Counted from the first letter of the stretch, positions 27,906 through 39,524 are shown. The stretch is DNA of 60,852 bases from an uncultured delta proteobacterium (GCA_963823335.1 CAWGLD010000010.1:1-60852), one strand, 5' to 3'. Made by a program: numbers and translations. The notes: generated from the sequence alone by a model not told the origin.

Positions 27906-28066
27906 GGAGATAAGTCCAAGTATCAGTTTTTCCGTAATCAGTGCAGATATGATCTGAATATATGCAGTCTATCGCATATTTAAATCAGGTGTCAAACGGC
28001 AGGTCCTAAAAACGCAGCTTCGTGCCAATAAAAAGGGGCAAATCCATGGCTCGGATTCACCCTTTT
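27906..28066. repeat. 162-bp direct repeat, copy B
   Basis: Aligns with 25934-26095. Confidence 0.9.
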
Positions 28067-28159
28067 AATTTGTGATTATTTTCGCACACCGGTAAATTTT
28101 AGGGGGTTGATATCTTTGTTTTTGTTGGAGGTATTCCCACTACCATAAAGCTGATTTCA

Positions 28160-28960
28160 TCAGTGTGAGGTAAACGATAGAAATCTCAAAATATCAAAAT
28201 AGTCTTTGCATTGAAAACGAATGGTACTAACATCAAGCATTTCAGCGCCAGGATAAAAAGAGTTCTTATACGCTTTTCGGTTGTCGATAAAAAGAATTTC
28301 CATCTCAAATTTTGATGGAAGCTTGAGTTTACATTTACTGAAATTCCCCGAAAGGGCTTTCTTTGATGTACTCTTTATTTTTTTAACTGCTTTGGTTGGG
28401 TGGATGCTAATTGTCGATGAACCTTCGCCTTCGTTGACCACAACTGTTGTGATATTCGGAATAATTCTTTTAGCCTCTTCGCACATACCCCTATCACCCG
28501 TAACCATTACCACAGGGACTCCAACATAAGCAGCAGTATATGCATTGATCAAAAACTCCGAGGCGTAACATCCATTAATTTTGATATACATGTAGTCTTC
28601 TCTTAATGTATGTGCCAGGGTATTCGCATCAGAACCAGCCCTCGAATGATAACCAGTAAACACTGCAGCAGCAAACGAATCGTCGATTCCTTGCAGCATG
28701 GAAAATGGATGGCCACTCCATTCTCTGATTATCTTTATATTTTCAGGCAATTCAGAAACAATCAAGTTTCGGCCTGACCCATGCGCATCTTTAATTATTA
28801 TTTCTTTCGCACCTGCTTGATTTGCCCCCTCACATGCTGCTTTCACCTCGGCAGTCATCTGTGATTGAAATTCTTTATAATCAGATTTTGAACGATCAGC
28901 TTCGTCCCAATGCGCAATCCCTGTGGTCCCTTCAATGTCAGCACTAATATAAATTTTCAT
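28160..28960 (-). CDS. M55 family D-aminopeptidase (DppA-like)
   Basis: 'MKIYISADIEG', 'DAHGSGRN', 'GYHSRAG', 'LAHT'. Confidence 0.92.
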   Translation of the reverse strand: MKIYISADIEGTTGIAHWDEADRSKSDYKEFQSQMTAEVKAACEGANQAGAKEIIIKDAHGSGRNLIVSELPENIKIIREWSGHPFSMLQGIDDSFAAAVFTGYHSRAGSDANTLAHTLREDYMYIKINGCYASEFLINAYTAAYVGVPVVMVTGDRGMCEEAKRIIPNITTVVVNEGEGSSTISIHPTKAVKKIKSTSKKALSGNFSKCKLKLPSKFEMEILFIDNRKAYKNSFYPGAEMLDVSTIRFQCKDYFDILRFLSFTSH

Positions 28961-29561
28961 TATTCCCGTCCTGGTTGAGCTATCAATTTATAGAAAGTGT
29001 ATTGAGTTTGAATCATACGAATTTAATTATGGGAATCCAGTTGTATTCCAGTAACAGATAGATGGAGAAAGTTCCCAGTTTTCCGGGCATAGAAACATCT
29101 GTGATGACAGGCCATTCCAGAATAAAAATTGCCACAGCCACCATTGCAGATACCATCTTTCTTATAATTTTGCAAAAAAGGGGAAAATCGACAAATCCGA
29201 TCCGCCCCTTGATAACATAAAAATGCAGGTCGTTTATAATGTGGCTATGGTGGTGATATGCTAAAAAACCTGTAAACATCACGAACTGGGCATGGAGGCA
29301 TCCAAGGAATTTGTATCCGTTTTTTCCTTGTGATAGCAAATTGAAAGTCAACTAATTTCCGAAAGTGCCTACCCCAGATGTTGTGGCCGATCATTTTTTC
29401 GCAGGACGGTTTGTACATAGTGGATACATGTACTCGGGGTTGGGTCTCAGACTGTCCGAAAAGTTGGATTCACCGCCGTGTAAGCAATACATTGAATGGT
29501 TTGCCTATCCGATTTCCGAGTAGCCCACTCTTTGCTTGTACCCATTCGCGACCCTGACAAT

Positions 29562-31034
29562 TCAATGCATAGTCATTGTGTCGATCTTTTCTTTGAGTTC
29601 CTCTTCATCAACGATAAGTCGATAGGTAAGATAATACTTAAAGATATTGCTCACATAGTTTATCGTTTCCCTGCCGATCCGTTTCGCTGCCACCACTTCC
29701 ACATTCCTGAACCAGATATTGGGATCGAGACCCATGGCAGCGGCTTCTTCCCTTAATTTAGAAATTTTGGCAGGCCCGGCATTGTATGATGCAAATGCCA
29801 GAAGCCCTCGGTTGAGCCTGTCGATCTTTGGATCATCAAAATATCGGTCCATCATAAAACGAAGGTATTTGGTACCAGCATGTATATTGGGGTCAATTTT
29901 CTCAATATTTGCAATATTGATGTTTTTGTCTTTGGCTGTGGTCGGCAGGACCTGCATTACCCCGACAGCACCAACATGGCTGCGCTTGTTCTGGTCAATC
30001 TTTGATTCTTGGAAAGCAAGAGCCGCAAGCATGAGCCAGTCAAAATCATATTGATCAGCATATTTCTTAAAAAATACAATGGTTTCATTAAACCGTTTTC
30101 TGGAATCTGTATCAAGATTGTTTTCAACATATTTAGTATTCTTAAGATATTTCTTGAAAATGATATTTCCGTGCAGGGTGCCCTTTTTGTTTTTTTTAAC
30201 AAACTCGTTGATTTCCGTTTTCAGCAACGGTGAATCCTTGCGCATGGCCCAGGCGATCTTACCGTTTTCCCTGAACTTAATTTTCGGATGAAGGGTAATG
30301 TTATCAAAAATCTGTGCCCAGAATTTACCCTTGTGGCTGTCGATTATTATCATCGGTATCAAACCGGCATTAACCATTTCAAGTAAATCCTCATCTTCCA
30401 AGTACTCATTGGCCTCCACTATTTTAACTGGCTTTTTTCCTTCTTTAGACAGTTGTTTGTTAAGACGTACCAGGCTTTCATAATAACTACTCGATTTCCT
30501 GACATGGATTGTCTGGTTGCTCAGATCGGATAAAATGTTGACCTTGGGACTTTTTGGCCCGGTAACCAGGACTTCATTGATCCCCTTGAGCATAGGGTCG
30601 GAAAAATCAACAGACTTAAGACGATCATCCGTTATGGTAAGATTGCCTACAGCAATGTCGCCCAGTCCTTCAACCAGACCCTGGATGAGCCGGTCCCTGG
30701 GAGTAGGAATAATAATAAGATGGACTTCTAAATGTTTTGTTTTTAGTTTTTTGTTCAGCTGTTTTTCAAACAGTACCAGCATGTCATAGTCAGCGCCCTT
30801 GGGGGTGGCGCCATCAAGAAAATAAAACGTTTTGCTATAGGGAACCAGTGCGCGGATAATCCTGTTCTCAACCATCTTGTCAAAATCACCGATCACCTTC
30901 TTGTTGAAGGCCTGCTTAAAGGCTTCGCCCAGATTCTGATCACCCATTGCAGAAAACGGGAGGCATATCACTACCGCTGATATTATACCCGATAGTAGTA
31001 TAACCCAACAAATCAACACACGATTAAAACGCAT
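29562..31034 (-). CDS. MltF-like lytic transglycosylase (SBP_bac_3 plus SLT domains)
   Basis: 'GLGDIAVGNLTIT..R...VDFS', 'FQES', 'GAVGVMQVLP.TA', 'ASYNAGP'. Confidence 0.9.
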   Translation of the reverse strand: MRFNRVLICWVILLSGIISAVVICLPFSAMGDQNLGEAFKQAFNKKVIGDFDKMVENRIIRALVPYSKTFYFLDGATPKGADYDMLVLFEKQLNKKLKTKHLEVHLIIIPTPRDRLIQGLVEGLGDIAVGNLTITDDRLKSVDFSDPMLKGINEVLVTGPKSPKVNILSDLSNQTIHVRKSSSYYESLVRLNKQLSKEGKKPVKIVEANEYLEDEDLLEMVNAGLIPMIIIDSHKGKFWAQIFDNITLHPKIKFRENGKIAWAMRKDSPLLKTEINEFVKKNKKGTLHGNIIFKKYLKNTKYVENNLDTDSRKRFNETIVFFKKYADQYDFDWLMLAALAFQESKIDQNKRSHVGAVGVMQVLPTTAKDKNINIANIEKIDPNIHAGTKYLRFMMDRYFDDPKIDRLNRGLLAFASYNAGPAKISKLREEAAAMGLDPNIWFRNVEVVAAKRIGRETINYVSNIFKYYLTYRLIVDEEELKEKIDTMTMH

Positions 31035-31242
31035 TATTTCTCCATTTAATAAAAGGAAGGTGATATTGAGAATAAGGTAACAAAACGAATTAATAACATG
31101 GTTACCGATATGTTACGGCTATCTGGCGTATATCACGGGAATGTTACTTTTTACAAGTAAGCGGTCCTTATAAGGAAGATTGAGGGACGTCCATTGCAGC
31201 GAGCGCATCCTCCGTGGTTTTCTTATGACCGCTTGTTTGGTG

Positions 31243-31863
31243 TTATTCGTTTAGGCGCCTTTGGAACGTTATTCCGGCCAGCCCAAGGGCATGTGAAATC
31301 TCACTGGAACCCGCGGCCCTGTAGGCCATCATTCCTATTTCTTGGGCGCTTTTTACATTGATATCATTGTCATCCAGAAAGAGAACTGAAGAAGCTTTGC
31401 AGCCAAGACGTTGTAAAACAAATTCGAACGACTCTCGATCCGGTTTAAGTTTTCTCATGAGGTGAGAGGCAAAATGATAGTGAAACATTTTCTCAAGTCC
31501 CATTTCCTGCATGAGAATAGGCCAGTGCAATACATTGGAATTACTTAAGCAGGCGAGGGTATACTTGTCTTTTAACCCTTCCACAATGCTTGATACACCG
31601 GGAAACAATCCTTTGGGCCACTTCCTAAACCTATGGATAAACTCATCTCTTCCCACCGGCAAATCCATTTCCCTGATGAGTTCATCCGCAAATTGCTCTG
31701 GGGTTGAATAGCCTTTCTCAAAAGAACGGACAGCCGGAGAATTGAGCCATGCCGCCCAGAGCGAGTTATCGTCATAGCGGTGGTTTGTCCATTTGAGCAT
31801 CACGGGCACACCGGTCAGTTCAACCAGAACACCACCTAAATCGAATAAGATTACTTTGATCAT
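31243..31863 (-). CDS. HAD family phosphatase (YihX-like)
   Basis: 'FDLGGVL', 'LSN', 'KPD', 'FLDD..INV..A..IG'. Confidence 0.9.
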   Translation of the reverse strand: MIKVILFDLGGVLVELTGVPVMLKWTNHRYDDNSLWAAWLNSPAVRSFEKGYSTPEQFADELIREMDLPVGRDEFIHRFRKWPKGLFPGVSSIVEGLKDKYTLACLSNSNVLHWPILMQEMGLEKMFHYHFASHLMRKLKPDRESFEFVLQRLGCKASSVLFLDDNDINVKSAQEIGMMAYRAAGSSEISHALGLAGITFQRRLNE

Positions 31864-32008
31864 GTTATGATCCTGATATAGATCCGCCTGACTATATTTC
31901 CCTCAGTACTTTAAGCGAAACGTTCTCAACGAGATCCTTAACTTTTTCACGATAGGCGAACATGTGGGGTGCGGATAAATGCGTATGTTCCGTTTGGTAC
32001 CAAAGGGG

Positions 32009-33442
32009 TCATTTCCGCTTATCTTGCAAATACGCTGCGATACAGTGTGCCGCTTTTCTTCCGGAAGCGATAGCATGTACGATAAGAGACTGACCGCTTG
32101 TCATATCCCCGGCAACAAAAATAGCATCCCTGTTCGTCATCATGTTCTGGTCGGCGTTGATATGCCCTCTTTTATCGCTGGTCAATTGAAAATCATCAAT
32201 CAATGTGTTGTTTCCAGGCCCAACAAATCCCATGGCAAGAATGACGAGATCAGCTTCTATCTGAAATTCGGTGTCCGGTTTTTCTTTGGGCATCATCACA
32301 CCGTCTGCCCCGGTTAGCCACTCTATTTCGGCACAAACAAGATTTTTAACCGCCCCCTTCTCTCCCATAAAGGTTTTGGTTGTTACGGCCCATTTTCTCT
32401 GACCGCCTTCTTTGTGAGCATGGGATTCTCGAAGGATCATGGGCCACCTGGGCCAGGGGGTCGAATCCGGTCTTTCAACGGGGGGGCGGGGCAATATTTC
32501 AAGTTGAAAAACGTTTTTTGCGCCCTGCCTCAGTGCCGTTCCAAGACAATCCGAGCCTGTATCGCCACCGCCTATCACCACCACTGACTTGCCGGAAGCG
32601 CTAATGGAAGGTGCCTGTTTAGCAAGTTCGTTGCTGATTCTTTTATTTTGTTGAATCAGATATTCCATGGCAAACACAATCCCTGAAAGATCCCGTCCCG
32701 GTATGGGCAGATCCCTTGGCTGCCTGGAACCGCAGGCAAGGCAGATGGCGTCAAAATGTTTTTTTAGATACCTGAAGGAGATATCCGTACCCACGCGTAC
32801 ATCTGTTTCAAATATAATACCTTCAGCTTTCATCAGATTGATTCGACGTTCCACAATCTTTTTTTCCATCTTAAAGTCCGGTATTCCATACCTCAGAATA
32901 CCACCGGGATGAAGGGCATCATCATATACAGTCACATGATAGCCGGATTTATTTAAGGTGTCTGCAGCCGCCAGACCGGCCGGCCCGGAACCGATAATGG
33001 CAATGCTTTCATCGAAATAAGTATCCGGAGGGTTTGGACGTATCAATCCTTTTTCAAAGCCTTTCTCAACAACAGCAAACTCAATCTGTCTGATGGTCAC
33101 CGGTTCTGTGTTAATTCCTGCGACACAGGCAGCTTCACAGGAGGCCGGGCAAAGACGCCCGGTAAATTCGGGAAAATTATTTGTTGAACACAAAATATCC
33201 AGGGCCTCCTGCCACCTGCCTCTGTACACAAGGTCATTAAATTCCGGTATTATATTTGATACCGGGCATCCATACGCGTGACAAAAAGGAATTCCGCAAT
33301 CCATGCATCTTGCAGCCTGTTCATAAATATCTTCTTCATCCGGTTCAATATCGACAGCCTTAAAATCGTTTAGACGCTCCTCTTTCGGCCGATATCCCGG
33401 AACTTTCCGACAATATTCCAAAAACCCTGTATCTTTACCCAT
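32009..33442 (-). CDS. gltD: Glutamate synthase small subunit
   Basis: 'AARCMDCGIPFCH..GCP', 'TNNFPEFTGRLCPA.CE', GSGPAG, GGGDTGSDC. Confidence 0.96.
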   Translation of the reverse strand: MGKDTGFLEYCRKVPGYRPKEERLNDFKAVDIEPDEEDIYEQAARCMDCGIPFCHAYGCPVSNIIPEFNDLVYRGRWQEALDILCSTNNFPEFTGRLCPASCEAACVAGINTEPVTIRQIEFAVVEKGFEKGLIRPNPPDTYFDESIAIIGSGPAGLAAADTLNKSGYHVTVYDDALHPGGILRYGIPDFKMEKKIVERRINLMKAEGIIFETDVRVGTDISFRYLKKHFDAICLACGSRQPRDLPIPGRDLSGIVFAMEYLIQQNKRISNELAKQAPSISASGKSVVVIGGGDTGSDCLGTALRQGAKNVFQLEILPRPPVERPDSTPWPRWPMILRESHAHKEGGQRKWAVTTKTFMGEKGAVKNLVCAEIEWLTGADGVMMPKEKPDTEFQIEADLVILAMGFVGPGNNTLIDDFQLTSDKRGHINADQNMMTNRDAIFVAGDMTSGQSLIVHAIASGRKAAHCIAAYLQDKRK

Positions 33443-36400
33443 GCCAAACCTCTTGTCTTTCTATGGCCTCATCTTCCTTGCTCATTTTACCGAGAATCTT
33501 TCGATATTCCATGGGAAACACCTTGACAAAAAAGGGCAGGCACTTTTCCCATTCGGATAAAATACGCTCCGCTTTTTCGCTGCCGGTAAATTCATGGTGT
33601 TTTGCAATCATTTCTTTAAGTTCATTAATGTCCTGAAGCTCCGTTACAAGTTCCAGATCGACCATGTCGAGATTACAGCGACCATCAAATTCCTGACGGG
33701 GGTCATAGACATAAGCGAGACCGCCGCTCATACCGGCACCAAAATTTATTCCCGTGTTGCCCAGAACAACCACTCTTCCCCCTGTCATATATTCGCAGCC
33801 ATGATCGCCAAGGCCTTCGACGACGGCATATGCGCCACTGTTCCTGATGGCAAACCGTTCTCCAACTTTTCCCTGTAAATAGACCTCTCCACTTGTCGCA
33901 CCATAGAGGAGCACATTCCCAGCAATAATGTTTTCAGAGGGATCGAAACCAGCTCCACGGTAGGGTGTCACAATGATTCTGGCCCCAGAAAGACCTTTGC
34001 CAAGGTAATCATTGGACTCACCTTCTAAATAAAATGTCAGTCCTTTAGCGGCAAAGGCGCCAAAGCTTTGACCGGCCGCACCTTTGAACCGGCAGGTGAT
34101 GGTATTGGCTGGCAAGCCGTTGTTACCGTATTTTTTGGCGATTTTTCCGGAAAGCATAGCACCCACTGTCCGGTCTACATTTTTTATGGGCAGTTCAATC
34201 TCAACCGGTTCTTTAGATTTTATGGCCGTTTCCGCCAGCTTAAGCAACTGTCGATCAAGAATATTTTCCGTATCACAAGGCTGGGTTTCTGTCTGACGGC
34301 GGACGATCTCATGTCCCAGTTCCGGGGTGAATAAAATTTTTGAGAAATCCAATCCTTTTGACTTCCAGAAATCGATGGCTTTATTCATTTCGAGCAGATC
34401 GGACCTTCCGATCATGTCGTCCATTTTTAAAAAGCCCAGTGTGGCCATAATTTCTCTGACGTCCCTTGCAATCATTGTTAGAAATTGAACCACATGCTCA
34501 GGTTTTCCTTTGAACAGTTTACGAAGCTGGGCATCCTGTGTCGCCACACCGACCGGGCAAGTGTTTTTATGGCATTTTCGCATTAAAACGCATCCCATGG
34601 TCACCAGGATGGATGTGGCAAAACCAAACTCTTCCGCACCCAACAACGCGCCGATAGCCACGTCACGACCGGTTTTTATCTGTCCATCGACCTGAATTCT
34701 TATTCTGCTGCGAAGTTTGTTCAGCAACAGCGTTTGTTGGGTTTCAGCCAGACCAAGCTCCCAGGGCGCGCCTGCATGTCGGATGGAAGACAGAGGGGAT
34801 GCACCGGTTCCACCATCATACCCGCTGATCAACACCACGTCTGCATGGGCTTTTGCCACGCCGGCAGCCACGGTGCCCACCCCTGTTTCAGACACCAGCT
34901 TTACAGATACACGGGCATCGGGATTAATGTTTTTCAAATCAAAAATAAGTTGCGCCAGATCCTCGATGGAATAGATATCGTGGTGAGGCGGTGGCGAAAT
35001 CAACGTAACACCAGGGGTTGAATGCCGGACCCTGGCAATTTCTTTATTGACTTTATGTCCGGGCAGTTGCCCCCCTTCTCCTGGCTTGGCACCCTGAGCA
35101 ATTTTTATCTGGAGCTCTTTGGCATTTACCAGATATTCTGCGGTCACTCCGAACCGGCCGCTTGCAACTTGTTTGATGGCGCTTGAACGGCTGTCACCAT
35201 TTTCAAGCGGCTCATATCGTATGGGGTCTTCGCCCCCTTCACCGCTATTACTTTTCCCTTTAATGCGGTTCATGGCAATGGCTATGGTTTCGTGGGCCTC
35301 TTTACTGATCGAGCCGAAAGACATGGCTCCGGTGACAAATCGTTCTAAAATTTTTTCTACGGGCTCCACCTGATCGAGCGGTACAGAGGTCGTATTTTTA
35401 AATGAAAACAGACCCCGAAGGGTGGACTGTTTTTGTGACTGATCGTTGATCAACGCTGTATACTGTTTGAAAAGACGATAATCATTCGTCCTGGCTGCCT
35501 GTTGTAAGGTACTCACAGACGCTGGTGTCCACAAATGGCGTTCGCCGTCCGATCGTTGTCGGTAGTGTCCGCCACTTGAAAGAACGTTAAGAGAAGTGGG
35601 TGACGGATTCTTTGCATAATGATACCTCTGGCTGGCTTCAGCCGCAATTTCATCCAGGCCGATGCCTTCTACATCCGAGGCTGTCCCCGTAAAATATTTA
35701 TCAACCACAGTTCTATTCAAACCTACGATTTGAAACACCTGGGCGCTGCGATAACTTCTCAGAGTGGATATCCCCATTTTGGACATGGTTTTAAGCAGTC
35801 CTTTGCAGAGCGCCTTTATGTATCTTTCGATCGCTTCCGCAATACCGAGATCTTTGGGAAGCTGCTTCTTTATCACCCTTGCGGCAATGGTTTCAAAGGC
35901 AAAATACGGATTCACCGCCGTGGCCCCATACCCCAGAAGAAGTGCTATATGCATGACTTCCCTGGCCTCGCCCGTTTCAACGAGAATACCCGCGCTGGTA
36001 CGGACACCCGCCATAACCAATCTCCGGTTTACAGCGGAAACAGCTAAAAGCGCCGGGATTGGGGCCTGGTTTTGGGATAAATTCCGGTCGGATAGAATAA
36101 TCAATGTGCTGCCGCTGGCGATCGCTTTTTCGGCTCTGTCACACATATCGGAAAGCGCATTTTCAAGAACCTGTCCATCCCCATTGGCAGGAAAACCAAT
36201 GGGAATGCTGACACTTCGAAATCCATTGATATTGAGTTGCCGGATGCGGTTCAGGTCTTCATTGGCAAGCACAGGATGCTGCAGTTTAATCAGACGGCTG
36301 TTTTGGGGTATTTCCGACAAGATATTTCCCGGGTTGCCGATAAAGGTCATCAGGGACATGACCAGCTCTTCTCGAACAGGATCAATTGGCGGGTTGGTGA

Positions 36401-37991
36401 CCTGGGCAAAAAGTTGCTTGAAATAGTTATACAGCAGCTGATTTTTTTCTGAAAGAACGGCCAACGGCGCGTCGGTCCCCATTGATCCCACCGGCTCCTG
36501 CCCGCTCGTTGCCATGGGGTCGAGTATCATTTCAAGATCTTCGCGTGTATATCCGAAAAGCCTTTGGGTGAAGAGAAGATTCTCCATGTCGGGTTTGATA
36601 ACCGATACATCAGAATAAAAACCCCTTAGGGAAATTCTGTTTTCATCCACCCATCGCCTGTAAGGCTGTTTTCTGGCGCAAAGGGTTTTGACTTCACCAT
36701 TTTTCAGAAGCCGTCTTTCATTAAAATCAATCAGGATGATTTCACCCGGTCGAAGCGCGCCTTTGTCAACAATTTCATGCTCGGGAATTTCCAAAACACC
36801 GGTTTCTGAAGCAAAAACAATCAAACCGTTTTTGGTAACCGTATAACGGGCCGGACGCAATCCATTTCTGTCCAGGAGAGCACCTGTCTGGGTTCCGTCC
36901 GAAAAGGCAATGGCTGCCGGTCCGTCCCATGGTTCCATCATACCTGCATGATACTCAAAAAAACCACGCAGGTCCGGCCCCATGGGATATTTGTCTCCCC
37001 AGGCTTCCGGTACGAGCATCAGCATGGCATGCGGAAGCGAGCGCCCGGCACTGACCAAATGTTCCAGCATATTGTCCAGGCATGAAGAATCACTGCCATT
37101 TTCATTTATAACGGGAAGGACTTTTTGAATAGCTTCCCCCAGAAGGTCTGAACGTAGAGAAGATTCCCGTGAACGGATGTGGTTGAGATTACCCCGCAAG
37201 GTATTGATTTCACCATTATGGGCCAGGTATCGAAACGGCTGCGCCAGTTCCCATGAGGGAAACGTGTTGGTGCTGTATCGCTGGTGCACTACGGCGACTG
37301 CGCTGTCAAAATCGCTGTTTGATAGATCCCTGTAAAACCCCGAAAGCTGAGGGGCGGTAAAAAGTCCTTTGTAAATGATCGTTCTGCAGGAAAGGCTGGC
37401 GATATAAAAACACCCTTTTTCAATATGGATATATTCCGTTTTTTTCTCAATAACCCTTCTGAGTACATAAAGCTTACGCTCGAGGAAAGAGCCGGCAATA
37501 TCCTTACCCTTGATAAAACACTGCATGACTGCTGGCCGCTGTTCTCTGGCCTGGCCGTGAATCGCATCGATATCCACGGGAACTTCGCGCCAGCCAATGA
37601 ACTCAAGACCTTCGGCTGAAACCGTCTTTTCCACTATCTGAGTCAATGTTCGGAAAGGCTCTTGATCCCTGGGCATGAAGATCATACCCACACCGTATTC
37701 TCCCTCGCCAGGCAATTTGATACGCAGTGGTTGACATGTATTCTTAAAATAACTGTGCGGAATTTGGACCAGGATACCTGCACCGTCCCCTGTGGTCAAA
37801 TCACCTCCTACGGCACCCCGATGCAGTAGATTTTCAAGAATTTTAATTCCGTTTTGCACAATTTCATGACTTTTTTCGCCATTAATGTTGGCAACAAACC
37901 CGACCCCGCAGGCATCATGTTCATTTAAGGGATTATATAAACCCTGGCCGGGTGGAAACTTTCCTGCTCTTGTCGCTGTAAAAGATGTCAT
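33435..37991 (-). CDS. gltB: Glutamate synthase large subunit
   Basis: 'EHDACGVGF', 'HQRYSTNTFPSW', 'MSFGSIS', 'GAKPGEGGQLPG', 'GDHGCEYMTGG'. Confidence 0.98.
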   Translation of the reverse strand: MTSFTATRAGKFPPGQGLYNPLNEHDACGVGFVANINGEKSHEIVQNGIKILENLLHRGAVGGDLTTGDGAGILVQIPHSYFKNTCQPLRIKLPGEGEYGVGMIFMPRDQEPFRTLTQIVEKTVSAEGLEFIGWREVPVDIDAIHGQAREQRPAVMQCFIKGKDIAGSFLERKLYVLRRVIEKKTEYIHIEKGCFYIASLSCRTIIYKGLFTAPQLSGFYRDLSNSDFDSAVAVVHQRYSTNTFPSWELAQPFRYLAHNGEINTLRGNLNHIRSRESSLRSDLLGEAIQKVLPVINENGSDSSCLDNMLEHLVSAGRSLPHAMLMLVPEAWGDKYPMGPDLRGFFEYHAGMMEPWDGPAAIAFSDGTQTGALLDRNGLRPARYTVTKNGLIVFASETGVLEIPEHEIVDKGALRPGEIILIDFNERRLLKNGEVKTLCARKQPYRRWVDENRISLRGFYSDVSVIKPDMENLLFTQRLFGYTREDLEMILDPMATSGQEPVGSMGTDAPLAVLSEKNQLLYNYFKQLFAQVTNPPIDPVREELVMSLMTFIGNPGNILSEIPQNSRLIKLQHPVLANEDLNRIRQLNINGFRSVSIPIGFPANGDGQVLENALSDMCDRAEKAIASGSTLIILSDRNLSQNQAPIPALLAVSAVNRRLVMAGVRTSAGILVETGEAREVMHIALLLGYGATAVNPYFAFETIAARVIKKQLPKDLGIAEAIERYIKALCKGLLKTMSKMGISTLRSYRSAQVFQIVGLNRTVVDKYFTGTASDVEGIGLDEIAAEASQRYHYAKNPSPTSLNVLSSGGHYRQRSDGERHLWTPASVSTLQQAARTNDYRLFKQYTALINDQSQKQSTLRGLFSFKNTTSVPLDQVEPVEKILERFVTGAMSFGSISKEAHETIAIAMNRIKGKSNSGEGGEDPIRYEPLENGDSRSSAIKQVASGRFGVTAEYLVNAKELQIKIAQGAKPGEGGQLPGHKVNKEIARVRHSTPGVTLISPPPHHDIYSIEDLAQLIFDLKNINPDARVSVKLVSETGVGTVAAGVAKAHADVVLISGYDGGTGASPLSSIRHAGAPWELGLAETQQTLLLNKLRSRIRIQVDGQIKTGRDVAIGALLGAEEFGFATSILVTMGCVLMRKCHKNTCPVGVATQDAQLRKLFKGKPEHVVQFLTMIARDVREIMATLGFLKMDDMIGRSDLLEMNKAIDFWKSKGLDFSKILFTPELGHEIVRRQTETQPCDTENILDRQLLKLAETAIKSKEPVEIELPIKNVDRTVGAMLSGKIAKKYGNNGLPANTITCRFKGAAGQSFGAFAAKGLTFYLEGESNDYLGKGLSGARIIVTPYRGAGFDPSENIIAGNVLLYGATSGEVYLQGKVGERFAIRNSGAYAVVEGLGDHGCEYMTGGRVVVLGNTGINFGAGMSGGLAYVYDPRQEFDGRCNLDMVDLELVTELQDINELKEMIAKHHEFTGSEKAERILSEWEKCLPFFVKVFPMEYRKILGKMSKEDEAIERQEVWHG

Positions 37992-38011
37992 TTCTCAGGC
38001 CTGTAAATTTG

Positions 38012-38054
38012 ATTTATAAAGAGTGGGGCCATTCCGGCCCCACTCTTTATAAAT
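38012..38054. terminator. 19-bp perfect stem-loop between glnA and gltB
   Basis: ATTTATAAAGAGTGGGGCC-attcc-GGCCCCACTCTTTATAAAT. Confidence 0.7.
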
Positions 38055-39467
38055 TTAGATATCATAATACAGAAAAAACTCATGCGGATGCGGCCGCAGT
38101 CTGACCGGATTGACTTCGTTTTCTGTCTTGTAGTCGATCCACATGTCAATGGCATCCTGGGTGAACACATCGCCTTTTTTAAGATAATCCTGGTCTGCTT
38201 TTAAGGCCTCAAGCGCTTCGTCCAGGGAGCCGGGAGCAGAGGGGATCTCAGCCAGCTCTTCCGGCGGGAGATTGTAGATATTCTTGTCCAGCGGATCGCC
38301 CGGATCTATCTTGTTTTCAATACCGTCAAGAGCCGCCATGAGCAGGGCCGAGAAAGAAAGGTATCCGTTGCAGGACGGGTCAGGGGTCCGGAATTCGATT
38401 CGTTTGGCTTTTGGAGAGGACGAGTACATGGGAATCCGCACCGCAGCACTTCTGTTTCTGCTGGAATAGGCCAGATTGACCGGTGCTTCAAATCCTGGCA
38501 CCAGGCGTTTGTAGGAATTGGTGGTAGGGTTCGAAAAGGCACACAAAGACCTGGCATGCGTCAAAATGCCGCCGATGGCCCAGAGGGCTTCCTGGGAAAC
38601 ACCGGCATATTTATCTCCGGCAAACAAGGGGTTGCCGTCTTTCCAGATGCTGAGGTGGGTGTGCATGCCGGATCCGTTGTCCTCGAAGAGTGGTTTGGGC
38701 ATGAAAGTCACTGTATGGTTGTTCCGGTAGGCCACATTCTTCAATACATATTTGAACCACATGAGCTGATCCGACATCAGCAGCAGCGGCTTGAAACGCA
38801 TGTCGATTTCTGACTGTCCTGCCGTGGCCACCTCATGATGTTGGGCTTCGACTTCGATTCCGAGACTTTCCAGCACCAGGAGCATTTCGGTGCGAAGATC
38901 CTGGAATTTATCCATGGGCGGAACCGGGAAGTAGCCTTCCTTGTGGCGGGGTTTGTACCCGAGATTGGGGCCTTCGTCCCGACCGCTGTTCCAGATGCCT
39001 TCAATGGAATCGATTTCGTAAAATGCCTTGTTTTTGGAAGATTCAAAAGCGATGTCATCGAAAATAAAAAATTCAGCTTCAGGCCCGATATAGGCAACAT
39101 CGCCGATGCCGGTACCTTTCAGGTAGGCATCGGCCTTCTGGACAATATACCTCGGATCCCTGGAATAGGGCTCCCGTGTTACCGGGTCGAATATGTTGCA
39201 AAGCAGCACAAGGCTGGTTTCTTTGTAGAAAGGATCGATTTTTGCAGTGGTCGGATCCGGAATCATGAGCATATCGCTGGCGTGGATGGGCTGCCAGCCG
39301 CGGATACTCGAACCGTCAAAACCGAAACCATCCTCAAAACTCGATTCGTCCAACTCCCTGATTGGGACCGTGACGTGCTGCCACAATCCCGGAAAATCCA
39401 TGAAGCGCAAATCCACAACTTTGGCGCCGTTTTCTTTGGCCATATCTAATACGTCTTTTGGTGTCAT
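38055..39467 (-). CDS. glnA: Glutamine synthetase type I (beta)
   Basis: '[10 protein letters not shown]', 'HHEVATAGQ', 'TFMPKP..DNGSGMH', '[11 protein letters not shown]', adenylylation site 'KNIYNLPPE'. Confidence 0.98.
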   Translation of the reverse strand: MTPKDVLDMAKENGAKVVDLRFMDFPGLWQHVTVPIRELDESSFEDGFGFDGSSIRGWQPIHASDMLMIPDPTTAKIDPFYKETSLVLLCNIFDPVTREPYSRDPRYIVQKADAYLKGTGIGDVAYIGPEAEFFIFDDIAFESSKNKAFYEIDSIEGIWNSGRDEGPNLGYKPRHKEGYFPVPPMDKFQDLRTEMLLVLESLGIEVEAQHHEVATAGQSEIDMRFKPLLLMSDQLMWFKYVLKNVAYRNNHTVTFMPKPLFEDNGSGMHTHLSIWKDGNPLFAGDKYAGVSQEALWAIGGILTHARSLCAFSNPTTNSYKRLVPGFEAPVNLAYSSRNRSAAVRIPMYSSSPKAKRIEFRTPDPSCNGYLSFSALLMAALDGIENKIDPGDPLDKNIYNLPPEELAEIPSAPGSLDEALEALKADQDYLKKGDVFTQDAIDMWIDYKTENEVNPVRLRPHPHEFFLYYDI

Positions 39468-39524
39468 TGGATCTCCTCCTTGTTATAAAAAGTAAATTGT
39501 TAAAAATTAGCTCAAAATGTTCGC

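Noticed and set aside
29013-29523. ORF 29013-29351 and neighbouring stop-interrupted frames as a pseudogene or group II intron relic
   Set aside because: No motif I can assign in any frame
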